Origin: Microbacterium sp.
GTDB taxonomy: Bacteria > Actinomycetota > Actinomycetes > Actinomycetales > Microbacteriaceae
Length of the DNA stretch: 64,000 nt
Assembly: GCF_011620665.1 (NCBI RefSeq)
Contig: NZ_WOYQ01000006.1
Coordinates: 4,168 to 68,167, forward strand
Reading direction: 5' to 3'
Shown: piece after piece, positions 21,770-31,157 of the stretch
Numbering within the stretch: the first letter of the stretch is position 1
How the letters are laid out: each line of letters begins with the position of its first letter
Made by a program: the position numbers and the translations under genes
The notes under the pieces: generated by a model
What the model was told of the DNA's origin: nothing
Database searches by the model: none
What the model saw: only the letters and a program-made list of their open reading frames with translations

Positions 21770-21851
21770 GGTGATCGTTGTCGATTCAGGTCGGAGGAGT
21801 CGGTGCCGCAGCGGCGGCGTCGCCGGCGCCCGGGACACCAGCTCCGGCAAG

Positions 21852-21870
21852 CAAGGTTAGGGTTACCTCA
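21852..21870. promoter_or_regulatory. DtxR/IdeR iron box upstream of efeUOB
   Basis: CAAGGTTAGGGTTACCTCA matches TWAGGTWAGSCTWACCTWA at 16/19; overlaps TAACCT -10 on minus strand. Confidence 0.8.
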
Positions 21871-21947
21871 CCGCGAATCGACAGTACACCGCTTCTTCGC
21901 CGCAATCAAAGCCGGCCGCGCCGAAGAGCTCGAATCGGGTCGGGCAC

Positions 21948-23390
21948 CTACTCGGCCGCGTGGCGCTCGAGGAAGGTGTAGACCTCGCCGTCGTCTACTC
22001 CGGGGAAGGCGCCGCTGGGCAGCGGAGAGAACATCTGCTGGTGCACGCGGGCGCTGGGCCAGGCTTTGCCGGCCCAGCGGGCGGTCACGTCGGCCGGCGG
22101 GCGCCGGCAACACGACTCGTCGGGGCACAGCGAGACGGCGCGCTTCGGCGTCTCGCGCCCCCGGAACCAGCGTGCGTCGTCGAACGGCACCCCGACGGTC
22201 ACCGAGAACTCGCCGTCGGACGTGGTCCCGGTCTGCGTGGAACACCAGAATGTGCCTGCAGGCGTATCGGTGTACTGGTAATGCTCGGTCGTGCGGTTGT
22301 GCTCCTCGAAGGCCGAGCGCGCGAGAAAGCGCCGGCATGCGATCTGCCCCTCGACCGACCCGGTCACGTCTTCCGGGAGCGGCAGGCCATCGTTCTCATA
22401 GACGCGATTGATGGCGCCGGCCCCGTCTACGCGCAGGAAGTGCAGGCGAATGTCGAAGTGCTCGGTGAGGAGGTTCGTCAGCCGCATCGCGGCGGCTTCG
22501 TGCGTCACGCCGAAGGCATCGCGGAAGTCCTCGACGGCGAGGTTCCTGTTTTTCTTCGCCTGGTCGAGGAACTCGATCGAGGCGGTCTCGGGCATGAGGC
22601 AGCACGCCGCGAAGTAGTTGATTTCGAGGCGTTGCCAGAGGAACTCGGCGTAGTCCGTCGGCGGCTGGTGGCCGAGCAGCCGGTGCGCCATGGCCTGCAG
22701 CGCCATCGAGCGCAGGCCGTGCCCGCCGGGGATCGATGCGGGAGGCAAGTAGATCCGGCCGTTCTCGAGGTCGGTGACCGAGCGTGCCGAGTGCGGCAGG
22801 TCATTGACGTAGATCAGTTCGAACCCCAGCTGCTCGGCCATGACCCCGACCGTGCGGTGCTTGAGGGCGCCCGACACGTGCCCGGCCGCCTTGAGCTGCC
22901 TTTCGGCGAGTTTCTCTATCTCGGGGAGGTAGTTGTGCTGCTCGCGCATCCGCAGCCGCTGCTCGGTGTTGGCTCGACGCGCCTCCTCCGGCGTGGCGAT
23001 CGCTTGCCGTTCACGCCGCTGCAGTTCGCGATGCAGGCCCAGTACGCTCTCGATCGTCTCGTCGGTCATGTTCTTGCTGGGTTTGACGGGCGGGATGCCG
23101 AGTCTGCGGAACGCGGTGCTCGATTGCGCACGCGCGAGCTCGAGTTCGAGGGCGGCGCGCGGATTGGGGGGCTCGGGCGAGAGGAGATCGGTGACATCGG
23201 TGTCTGTCGCGACGGCGATCGCCTGAAGCAGCGAGAGTTTCGGCTCGCGCTTCCCGTTCTCGATGAGGCTCAGCTGGCTGCCGGCAACCCCGACGATCGC
23301 GCCGAGTTCGTCGAGCGTGTGGCCGTGGGCGAGACGTTGGTGCCGGATGCGGTGACCAAGCGTCGACAGTTCCAATCCGGACGGAGTCAT
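21948..23390 (-). CDS. XRE-family regulator, RamB/PrpR (short-chain acyl-CoA regulator)-like
   Basis: N-terminal XRE HTH (SQLSLIENGKREP), IrrE-like middle, EINYFAACCLMP, C-terminal Cys cluster; TATGAT 6 nt before ATG. Confidence 0.85.
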   Translation of the reverse strand: MTPSGLELSTLGHRIRHQRLAHGHTLDELGAIVGVAGSQLSLIENGKREPKLSLLQAIAVATDTDVTDLLSPEPPNPRAALELELARAQSSTAFRRLGIPPVKPSKNMTDETIESVLGLHRELQRRERQAIATPEEARRANTEQRLRMREQHNYLPEIEKLAERQLKAAGHVSGALKHRTVGVMAEQLGFELIYVNDLPHSARSVTDLENGRIYLPPASIPGGHGLRSMALQAMAHRLLGHQPPTDYAEFLWQRLEINYFAACCLMPETASIEFLDQAKKNRNLAVEDFRDAFGVTHEAAAMRLTNLLTEHFDIRLHFLRVDGAGAINRVYENDGLPLPEDVTGSVEGQIACRRFLARSAFEEHNRTTEHYQYTDTPAGTFWCSTQTGTTSDGEFSVTVGVPFDDARWFRGRETPKRAVSLCPDESCCRRPPADVTARWAGKAWPSARVHQQMFSPLPSGAFPGVDDGEVYTFLERHAAE

Positions 23391-23421
23391 TCTTTAATCA
23401 TATGAAAGAATCGCGATTCTT
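23390..23421. promoter_or_regulatory. AT-rich divergent promoter with palindromes
   Basis: Perfect AAGAATCGCGATTCTT (23406-23421); TTCTTT-N9-AAAGAA (23390-23410); -10 candidates TATGAT (minus 23397-23402) and TAAAGT (plus 23438-23443). Confidence 0.6.
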
Positions 23422-23510
23422 GCACCGTAGCGGCTCATAAAGTGTGTGATGACGCGAGTGAGAATCGAGATACCAGTCCCCCGCCGACGCCACGCACGAA
23501 GGAGATCGAG

Positions 23511-25400
23511 ATGGCCATCGCCGACATCGTCACCCGCCAGACCCCGAACGACCGCGCCGACGGCAGTGCGACAGTACCCCGCTACGGGGAGCGTCCTCGG
23601 ATCACCGGGCCTTCGATGGCGGAGTTGGAGGCGTGGGTGGCGGAGATCGCCGAGCTCACTCAGCCCGCCCGCATCCACTGGGTCGACGGGTCGCGCGCGG
23701 AGAACGACGCTCTCCTGCGCGAACAGGTCGACGAGGGCAAGCTGATCAAACTCAACCCCGAATGGCGTCCCGGGTCGTACCTCGCTCGTTCGCACCCGAG
23801 CGACGTCGCCCGCACGGAGGCGCGCACCTTCATCGCCTCCGAGAGGGAAGAAGATGCCGGGCCCACGAACAACTGGGTTGCACCGGCGGAGATCCGCGCG
23901 ACCATCACGCCGCTCTTCCGCGGCTCGATGCGCGGTCGAACGATGTACGTCGTGCCGTTCTCGATGGGTCCCGTCGGCGGCCCGCTCTCGCACATCGGGG
24001 TTCAGATCACCGACTCGGCGTACGCCGTCACCTCGATCGGGATCATGACCCGCGTCGGCACCGAGGTGCTGGAGCAGATCGCTGCGGGCAAGCCCTGGGT
24101 GAAGACCGTCCACTCGGTCGGCGCACCGCTCGCAGCGGGCGAAAAGGACGTCGCGTGGCCGTGCAATGACGAGAAGTACATCGTGCACTTCCCCGAAACC
24201 CTCGAGGTCTGGTCATTCGGCTCCGGCTATGGCGGCAACGCGATCCTCGCCAAGAAGTGCTTCGCCCTGCGTATCGCGTCGGTCATCGGCCGGGATGAGG
24301 GTTGGCTCGCCGAGCACATGCTCCTCATCCGCGTGATCGACCCGAAGGGGAAGGCGTACCACCTGGCCGCCGCATTCCCCTCCGCGTGCGGCAAGACGAA
24401 CCTGGCGATGCTGCGTCCGACGATCCCCGGCTGGCGCGTGGAGACGCTCGGCGACGACATCGCGTGGATCCGGCCCGGCGAGGACGGACGTCTGCACGCC
24501 ATCAACCCCGAAGCCGGGTTCTTCGGCGTTGCTCCGGGAACGGGCCAGTCCACCAACGTCGCCGCGGTCGAGACCCTGTGGGGAAACACCATCTTCACGA
24601 ATGTCGCCTTGCGTCCGGACGGCGATGTCTGGTGGGAGGGTCTCACCGATGAGGTGCCGGCCGAACTCATCGACTGGGAGGGGAACGCGTGGACCCCGGC
24701 ATCCGGCCGCCCCGCCGCCCACCCCAACTCTCGCTTCACCGTTGCAGCGGCCCAGTGCCCGCAGATCGCTCCCGACTGGGAGGCTGCTGAGGGTGTCCCG
24801 CTCGATGCGATCCTCTTCGGCGGTCGTCGGGCCACGAATGTGCCGCTGGTGCTCGAGGCCACGGACTGGACGCACGGCGTGTTCCTGGGGTCGAACATCT
24901 CGTCCGAGCGCACGGCGGCCGCCGAGGGCACGGTCGGGGAGCTTCGCCGCGACCCGTTCGCAATGCTTCCGTTCTGCGGGTACAACATGGCGGACTACTT
25001 CGCCCACTGGCTCGATGTGGGCCGGAAGCTGCGCTTCGATCGCGCGCCGCGGATCTTCCAGGTGAACTGGTTCCGCAAGGGCGCGGACGGCCGGTTCCTG
25101 TGGCCCGGTTTCGGCGACAACTCGCGCGTCATCGAGTGGATCATCCGTCGCATCGATGGCAGCGTGCCCGCGGTCGACAGCCCCATCGGCCGTCTGCCGC
25201 GGACGGAGGATCTGAACCTCGACGGGATCCACGTACCGCAGGAAGACCTCGACGAGCTCTTCGCGGTCGACCCGGAGCTCTGGCTGCACGAAGCCGACCT
25301 CACAGAGGAGTTCTACCAGACCTTCGGGGGCAAAGTGCCTGCGGCGCTCTACTCGGAGCTCGCTGCCCTGCGTTACCGGCTCAAGCTCGCGCAGCGCTGA
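23511..25400 (+). CDS. pckG: GTP-dependent phosphoenolpyruvate carboxykinase
   Basis: [45 protein letters not shown]; AAGGAG RBS before 23511. Confidence 0.97.
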   Translation: MAIADIVTRQTPNDRADGSATVPRYGERPRITGPSMAELEAWVAEIAELTQPARIHWVDGSRAENDALLREQVDEGKLIKLNPEWRPGSYLARSHPSDVARTEARTFIASEREEDAGPTNNWVAPAEIRATITPLFRGSMRGRTMYVVPFSMGPVGGPLSHIGVQITDSAYAVTSIGIMTRVGTEVLEQIAAGKPWVKTVHSVGAPLAAGEKDVAWPCNDEKYIVHFPETLEVWSFGSGYGGNAILAKKCFALRIASVIGRDEGWLAEHMLLIRVIDPKGKAYHLAAAFPSACGKTNLAMLRPTIPGWRVETLGDDIAWIRPGEDGRLHAINPEAGFFGVAPGTGQSTNVAAVETLWGNTIFTNVALRPDGDVWWEGLTDEVPAELIDWEGNAWTPASGRPAAHPNSRFTVAAAQCPQIAPDWEAAEGVPLDAILFGGRRATNVPLVLEATDWTHGVFLGSNISSERTAAAEGTVGELRRDPFAMLPFCGYNMADYFAHWLDVGRKLRFDRAPRIFQVNWFRKGADGRFLWPGFGDNSRVIEWIIRRIDGSVPAVDSPIGRLPRTEDLNLDGIHVPQEDLDELFAVDPELWLHEADLTEEFYQTFGGKVPAALYSELAALRYRLKLAQR

Positions 25401-25449
25401 CGGCTCAGAGATCGGTCCGTACTGAACGAGGAGTCGAGCCGCAGCCCCG

Positions 25450-25755
25450 TCAGGGGACGGTGATGCGGCTCACGCGCACCGTGACACGCGCATCCGGTTC
25501 GTCGAGCACGGCGCGCACTCGCGCGGCAACGGTGCGAGCCACATCGGCCGCGCGTCCGTGGGAGACGCCGATGCTGACGACTGCCTCAAGCACCCCATTG
25601 CGCCGCAGCACGTCGCTGTAGACCTCTCGTCGCTCTACGGTCGCGGTCCATAACCGGGCAGGGAGTGCCGCGGCGTGGTACAGCTCTGCCACCCCCGACA
25701 CCTCACGGACGGCAGCGTCGACCTGTGCGATCAGTTCGGCGACTTCTCGCATCAT
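25450..25755 (-). CDS. Small Asp23-like hypothetical protein
   Basis: Coupled to upstream gene; VSGVAEL...VARTVAARVRAVL..RVTVRVSRI resembles the Asp23/Gls24 pattern. Confidence 0.6.
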   Translation of the reverse strand: MMREVAELIAQVDAAVREVSGVAELYHAAALPARLWTATVERREVYSDVLRRNGVLEAVVSIGVSHGRAADVARTVAARVRAVLDEPDARVTVRVSRITVP

Positions 25756-26330
25756 CGGCTCTCCCCCTGCAGTCGCAGGGAGTCGATGGTGACATCCACC
25801 CGATCGACCGCCCAGGTCGTGTGCTCGAGGAGTGCGCGGCGTACTTCGTTGCGCACGTCCCCGGCGACGGTCGGCAGGGTCAGTCCGTGCAGAACGCTGA
25901 TCGACAGCGCGATGCTGACCGTGCGTGCACCGTCCGGCGCTGCGCCGTCGATCAGCACCTCGACGCGCTCGACCAGTACCCCGGGCACCCTGTCTCCCGC
26001 TGCGCGCACGAGGCCGCGCACCGCGCCCTCGGTCACAACGAGCTGGACGTCACCTCCGCCTTCCATCGGCATGTCCCTGCCTGCACGCGACTCGCGCGCG
26101 ACTTGCCCCAGGATCTTCTGCAACCACGATTCCGAGAGGTCGAGCGCGGAGTCGCTCTCGAGGAGATTCCGCGAGAGCATCCCGAGGTGATCCATCGAAT
26201 CCAGCACCGAGCAACACTGCGGGTCGCCGTCGATCGCCGGATCCGCGGGAACACGGCCGCGATCGTGGTACGCAGCGAGATCCTCGAGGGTGTACCCCGA
26301 CTCGCCGATGCCGTCTCCCATGGCGTTCAC
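25752..26330 (-). CDS. Putative anti-sigma: degenerate ZAS-like N-terminus fused to Asp23/Gls24 domain
   Basis: Overlaps sigma stop; LEDLAAYHDRG..IDGDPQCC; C-term AVRGLVRAAGDRVPGV..VAGDVRNEVRRAL..VDRVDVTI; start GTG 26330 or ATG 26321. Confidence 0.7.
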   Translation of the reverse strand: MNAMGDGIGESGYTLEDLAAYHDRGRVPADPAIDGDPQCCSVLDSMDHLGMLSRNLLESDSALDLSESWLQKILGQVARESRAGRDMPMEGGGDVQLVVTEGAVRGLVRAAGDRVPGVLVERVEVLIDGAAPDGARTVSIALSISVLHGLTLPTVAGDVRNEVRRALLEHTTWAVDRVDVTIDSLRLQGESR

Positions 26331-26872
26331 CTCCACTCCTGCATGCGTTGATAGATTGTCGCGCGTGCGCGGGCGAGGCGGCCACGGACAGCCGTCCCGG
26401 AGATGCCCATTTCGCGGGCGATCTCGTCGTATCCGTATCCACTGGCTTCGCGCAGCAACCATACGGTGCGCTGTTCGAGAGGCAGGCTGTCGATCACGGC
26501 CCTCAGCGAGTCCAGCTGGGAGGACGTGATCGCCGCCTCATCGGGGCGCGGTGCGGTCGCGACCGGCTCCGCGTCGTCGATGCGCGTCGTCGGCCGGGCC
26601 GAGCGCAGCCGGTCGGTGGCCTTCCGCGCGACGATGGCCGACAGCCAGGCGCGCACCTGCGCGGGGTCTCGCAGATCGGGCAGCCGGCGCCACGCGACGA
26701 TCAACGCCTCCTGCACACAGTCATCGGCATCGGAGCGAGAGCCCAGAAGTCGGGTCGCGAAGCCGAGGAGATACCCCCCGTGCCGGCGCACAAGCGTGGC
26801 GAAGGCCCGCTCATCGCCGTCGGCGGCGCGCCTTGCGAGGATCGCATCCTCGATATCTGCCCACGAATCCAT
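26327..26872 (-). CDS. ECF sigma-70 factor
   Basis: Region 2 DADDCVQEALIVAWRRL, region 4 LPLEQRTVWLLRE..YDEIAREMGISGTAVRGRLARAR. Confidence 0.93.
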   Translation of the reverse strand: MDSWADIEDAILARRAADGDERAFATLVRRHGGYLLGFATRLLGSRSDADDCVQEALIVAWRRLPDLRDPAQVRAWLSAIVARKATDRLRSARPTTRIDDAEPVATAPRPDEAAITSSQLDSLRAVIDSLPLEQRTVWLLREASGYGYDEIAREMGISGTAVRGRLARARATIYQRMQEWR

Positions 26873-27079
26873 CGTTCTCCTGAGCGGGATCTCGCATCCC
26901 GCCTCACCGAGGGTGCCACACGCACCCGGAGTTTCCGCGGGGGTTGCGATCCGGACGGCGGCATGCTGTGCAGGGCCGCGCTCAGGAAACTGCCAGCATC
27001 ACGACCGTGACGAATCGGCCGCGGCGGACGTCTCACTCCTGAACGCCCCCGCACGAGGGGCCGCGGAAAGGACCACATC

Positions 27080-27508
27080 ATGGCCACCACGAACATGCCT
27101 GCTGCCGGATCGAGCGTCGGAGCCGTTATGCCTGCGGAGCAGGGCAAGACCGTCATCGTCGACCCGGTCATCGCGAAGATCGCCGGAATCGCGGCGGCGT
27201 CCGTTCCCGGCGTCTACGCCCTCGGAGGTGGAGCGGCGCGCGTCCTCGGCAGCATCCGTGAGGCGGTCGGTGCGAAGGACCTCTCTCAGGGAGTGAGCGT
27301 GGAGGTCGGCGAGACACAGGTCGCTGCCGACATCACGATCGTCGCTGAGTACCCCGTACAGCTGCAGCGGGTCGCCCAGGATGTGCGCGGTGCGGTCGCC
27401 GACGCCATCACCCAACTCGCCGGGATGGAGGTCGCGGAGATCAATGTGACCGTCGTCGATGTCCGGATTCCCGGTGACGAGGACTCGGCTCCGGAGCGTG
27501 TCCAGTGA
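27080..27508 (+). CDS. Asp23/Gls24 envelope stress protein
   Basis: GKTVIVDPVIAKIAGIAA..VPGVYALG, GVSVEVGETQVAAD, EINVTVVDV; AAAGGA RBS. Confidence 0.92.
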   Translation: MATTNMPAAGSSVGAVMPAEQGKTVIVDPVIAKIAGIAAASVPGVYALGGGAARVLGSIREAVGAKDLSQGVSVEVGETQVAADITIVAEYPVQLQRVAQDVRGAVADAITQLAGMEVAEINVTVVDVRIPGDEDSAPERVQ

Positions 27509-27693
27509 CACCGATCGCCTGGGGAGCGACGGTGGGCGCTATTCTGGCGTTCGCCGCCCTCGCCTTCGGCTTCTGGGGAATGGTGCTCGTTGCCGCGTTG
27601 GCGGCCGTCGGCGGACTCATCGGCGGCGCCGTGTCCGGACGCATCAACGTCCGTGCGGGTCTCGACGCCGCCCGCGGACGGCGAGTGGGCTGA
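27505..27693 (+). CDS. Small membrane protein (DUF2273-like)
   Basis: 62 aa, two hydrophobic segments, typical position after asp23. Confidence 0.75.
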   Translation: MTPIAWGATVGAILAFAALAFGFWGMVLVAALAAVGGLIGGAVSGRINVRAGLDAARGRRVG

Positions 27694-27695
27694 TC

Positions 27696-28007
27696 ATGGA
27701 CGCCATGCAGCTGCCTGGCCGGGTCATGATTGCGGCTCGGGCCTACGAGCGTGTCGCTGCGACCGTGATCGCCGACGAACTCGGAGTCGCCGCGCGGGGC
27801 GCCCGCGCCGTCGTGCGCGACGCCGACGGAGCGATCGCCGCGGATCTCACCTGCGGCATCGGTCTCGGCGAAGCGCCGATAGCGCAGCGCGCCGCACGGG
27901 CGCGCACGCGTACCGCCGAGAGGCTGGCTGAGATCACCGGCGCCCGGGTGGCCGATGTGCGACTACGCGTGTCCCATGTCGTCGATGAACGGGGGGGAGC
28001 ATCGTGA
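27696..28007 (+). CDS. Small Asp23-like hypothetical protein
   Basis: PGRVMIAARAYERVAA..LAEITGARVADVRLRV; coupled to neighbours. Confidence 0.65.
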   Translation: MDAMQLPGRVMIAARAYERVAATVIADELGVAARGARAVVRDADGAIAADLTCGIGLGEAPIAQRAARARTRTAERLAEITGARVADVRLRVSHVVDERGGAS

Positions 28008-28594
28008 CCCACGAGCCGGCGCCGACAGCTGTCGCCGATCAGCGCCGCGACGCCCGTCTCGCGCGTCGCCTCCTGCACCGCACCCGAAGCATATGGGTGT
28101 CCATCGCTCTGATCCTCGCAATGGCCCTCGCGATCCTCGTGATCGTCGAGACGCTTCTGTGGGGACGAGACCTGCCTCCCGCACTCGTGGCTCCTGACGC
28201 GGTGCGCGCCGCTATGACCGAAGGAGGATTCTTCGGCGGCGTGGTCGCGGGGATCGCGCTCGTGCTGGGCCTGGCGTGCCTCTGGGGCGCCCTCGCCCCC
28301 GGCGGCACGCACCGCCGCATCGTGACGACCGAGCGCGCGCCGATCGTCGTCGACGACGCGATCCTGGCGGGTGGGCTCTCGCGGACCTGCGCGCATGCGG
28401 CGGGCGTATCGGCGACGCAGGTCACGACGCGGGTCACCCGGCACCGCGCCCTCATCGCCGTGACACCCTCGAGCGGCTTCGCGGTCGACGCGAGCGAGGT
28501 CGAGCGCGCCGCCGGCGAACTGCTCGAGGTCCTCGGTGCAGGAACGCACATGAAGACCCGGGTAGAGCTGGCCAGGAAAGGAAACCTGTCATGA
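28004..28594 (+). CDS. Membrane protein, AmaP/DUF6286-like
   Basis: Two TMs then a cytoplasmic domain; GTGA overlap with previous gene. Confidence 0.7.
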   Translation: MTHEPAPTAVADQRRDARLARRLLHRTRSIWVSIALILAMALAILVIVETLLWGRDLPPALVAPDAVRAAMTEGGFFGGVVAGIALVLGLACLWGALAPGGTHRRIVTTERAPIVVDDAILAGGLSRTCAHAAGVSATQVTTRVTRHRALIAVTPSSGFAVDASEVERAAGELLEVLGAGTHMKTRVELARKGNLS

Positions 28595-29148
28595 ATGCCC
28601 GCGGTCGCGTTCTCAACCGGACGCTGCTCACGCTGCTCGCTCTGACCGCCTTCGCCGTCTGCGCAGTGGCAGCATGGCCGCTCGTCACCGGTGCACCCGC
28701 GCCCGTGCTGGATCAGGGGGCGCGTTTCGCGGAGGAACTCGGAGTCGGCTTGCCGGCTCTCATGTGGGTCGGCGTCGCCCCGCTGGTCGTCGCGGTCATC
28801 GTCGCCCTCGCCGTGATCCTGACCCGCCCACCGCGGCACGTTCGCGCTGCGTTCGAGGACGGCGGGCTCACGATCGACGCGGCGGTCGTCGAAGGGGTCT
28901 TCCACTCGGCGCTGGCTGCGACGCCCGACGTGCTCGGCGTCTCGTCATCGACCTCGGAGCACCGGCGTCGACGCACGGTCGTGCTCCGGGTGCGGGTGCG
29001 GCCTCGCGCTGACCTGGAGACCGTGCTGACCCAGGTGCGGTCGGCCCTCGAGACGACCGACCGACGGATCGGCGTGCGCCTGCCGTTGATCGTGCACATC
29101 ACGGGTGGCATCCGCTCGACGTTCGCGCACGACCGGCGAGTGGTGTGA
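28591..29148 (+). CDS. AmaP-like membrane anchor protein
   Basis: NRTLLTLLAL TM, second TM, C-terminal beta-rich domain (VLRVRVRPRAD); ATGA overlap. Confidence 0.7.
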   Translation: MNARGRVLNRTLLTLLALTAFAVCAVAAWPLVTGAPAPVLDQGARFAEELGVGLPALMWVGVAPLVVAVIVALAVILTRPPRHVRAAFEDGGLTIDAAVVEGVFHSALAATPDVLGVSSSTSEHRRRRTVVLRVRVRPRADLETVLTQVRSALETTDRRIGVRLPLIVHITGGIRSTFAHDRRVV

Positions 29149-29192
29149 TCCGTCGGCGGCGCGGCGGCGCTGCGGCGCGGCGGGGGATCGGC

Positions 29193-31088
29193 TCACACCA
29201 GCAGCTGGTGCCGAGCGAGTTCGCGGTACAGCGGCACGGTCTCGACGAGGTCGGAGTGGGTTCCCTGCCCGACAACCGTGCCGTGGTCGAGCACGATGAT
29301 CAGATCGCTGTCGACCACGGTCGACAGCCGGTGCGCGATCACAACGAGGGTCCGCCCGGTCGCGACGGCATCGATCGCGTCGCGCATCCTCTGTTCGTTG
29401 AGCCCATCAAGCGACGACGTCGACTCATCCAGGAGCAGGATCGGCGGGGCTGCCAGCAGTGCACGTGCGATCGCCAGCCGCTGACGTTCACCACCCGAGA
29501 GCATGACGCCGCCCTCGCCGACCGGAGCGTTCAGCCGGAGGGGACTGCGCTCCAGCACCTCACCGAGATTCACGGCGCGGAGCACTCTCTCGCATTCGGC
29601 ATCACTCGCGGCGGGCGAAGCGAGCCGCAGATTCTCGGCGATCGTGCCGGCCAGGGTCGGGGCATCCTGCTCGACGTACCCCAGTTGCGCGCGCAGGTCA
29701 CGCCGGTCGAGAGTGCGCACATCCCGCCCGTTCAGGAGTATTGCACCCTCGCTCGGGTCGTAGAACCGTTCGATGAGGGCGAGCGTCGTCGACTTGCCGG
29801 CGCCCGACGGACCGACCAGGGCGACACGCGCTCCACGCGGCACGCGGAACGAGACCCCGCGCAGCACCTCACGAGGGGAGGCCTGTTCCGCCGATGGCAG
29901 AGTGATCGCCGCGGAGTCGACGTGGGCGTCTTCGAGGGCCGCAAGTGCCTCGGTCTCGGCCTTGCGTCGAGCCGCGACGACGTGCTCGGGATACCGGAAG
30001 CGGACGTCGCGGAACTCGAGTGCATCTGACCCCGCGACGTCGCCGACCGCGCCGCGGGCGAGGTGCGGATCGCCCGCGGTCTCGGTCGGCAGATCCAGAA
30101 TCTCCTGGATGCGTCCGAGGGCGCCCAGCGCCTGATTCACGGAGGTGATCGCCCCGAAGAAGGATCCGAGCGGCGCCACAAGCAGGAAGAGGAACATGAC
30201 GAAGGTGATCAGGCTCGCGATCGGGATCGCGCCGGATGCCACGCGGAACCCGCCGAGGCCGAGCACCACCAGCAGCGACACCTGAAGAGCGATGCCGGCG
30301 ATCGGGACGACGAGCGCCGACACCTTCGCGATCCTCACGCCGATGCCGTAGACGTCGGTCGCGACGGCGGTCACCGCTTCGGTTTCGCGGTCGGTGGCAC
30401 CGGCGGCGCGTACGGTGCGGATCGAGCCGATGGCTCGCTCGACGCCGGAGGCGAGTTCGCCGACCTTCTCCTGCTGCTGCTGTGTCGCCCGGCGGATGCG
30501 GCCGCTCAGCAGGGCGACGCCCCCGACAGACAGGCCGATGACGACGACGATCGCCACCAGCAGGATCGGGTCGAGGAAGGCCATCGCGAGGATCGCTCCG
30601 ATGAAGAGCAGGGCATTGCCGACCGAATCGGCGAGGCCCTGGGTCAGTACGGCGTAGAGAAGCGTCGTGTCGGTGCCGACCCGTGAAACGAGATCTCCGG
30701 TGCGGCGCGAGTCGAATTCGCTGATCGGGAGGTGGAGGATCCGGGCGATCAGCTGGCGCCGTGACGAATAGACGACGGCGGTGCCTGTGCGCTGCAGGAG
30801 ATAGTGCTGGTATCCCGTGATGAGCGAACCTCCGATCACGAGAGCGACGATTCCCCAGATGAGCGTCCCGAGACCTTGTTCGTTCTGCACCCGCTCGATG
30901 ATCTGCCCCACCAGCAGCGGCTGGGCGAGAGTTGCCCCGGCGCCGACGATGCTCAGCACGACGATCAGGACGAGGACGCGCTTGTGCTCGAAGATGTAGG
31001 GGAGCAGTTGCGTGAGGCGAGCGCGGGGCCCGCCCTCGGGCGCGGAGCGGCGGCCGCGGCGACGCGGTGATGCGGTGGCAGAGGACAT
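29193..31088 (-). CDS. ABC exporter, fused TMD-NBD
   Basis: GPSGAGKST, LSGGERQRLAIAR, LLLDESTS, AHRLST. Confidence 0.95.
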   Translation of the reverse strand: MSSATASPRRRGRRSAPEGGPRARLTQLLPYIFEHKRVLVLIVVLSIVGAGATLAQPLLVGQIIERVQNEQGLGTLIWGIVALVIGGSLITGYQHYLLQRTGTAVVYSSRRQLIARILHLPISEFDSRRTGDLVSRVGTDTTLLYAVLTQGLADSVGNALLFIGAILAMAFLDPILLVAIVVVIGLSVGGVALLSGRIRRATQQQQEKVGELASGVERAIGSIRTVRAAGATDRETEAVTAVATDVYGIGVRIAKVSALVVPIAGIALQVSLLVVLGLGGFRVASGAIPIASLITFVMFLFLLVAPLGSFFGAITSVNQALGALGRIQEILDLPTETAGDPHLARGAVGDVAGSDALEFRDVRFRYPEHVVAARRKAETEALAALEDAHVDSAAITLPSAEQASPREVLRGVSFRVPRGARVALVGPSGAGKSTTLALIERFYDPSEGAILLNGRDVRTLDRRDLRAQLGYVEQDAPTLAGTIAENLRLASPAASDAECERVLRAVNLGEVLERSPLRLNAPVGEGGVMLSGGERQRLAIARALLAAPPILLLDESTSSLDGLNEQRMRDAIDAVATGRTLVVIAHRLSTVVDSDLIIVLDHGTVVGQGTHSDLVETVPLYRELARHQLLV

Positions 31089-31157
31089 ATCGGCTTTCTG
31101 GAGAATCGGGTGGTTCCATTCTCACCCGCGCTTCCCCCGGGGGCTCCGTCGATCGCG

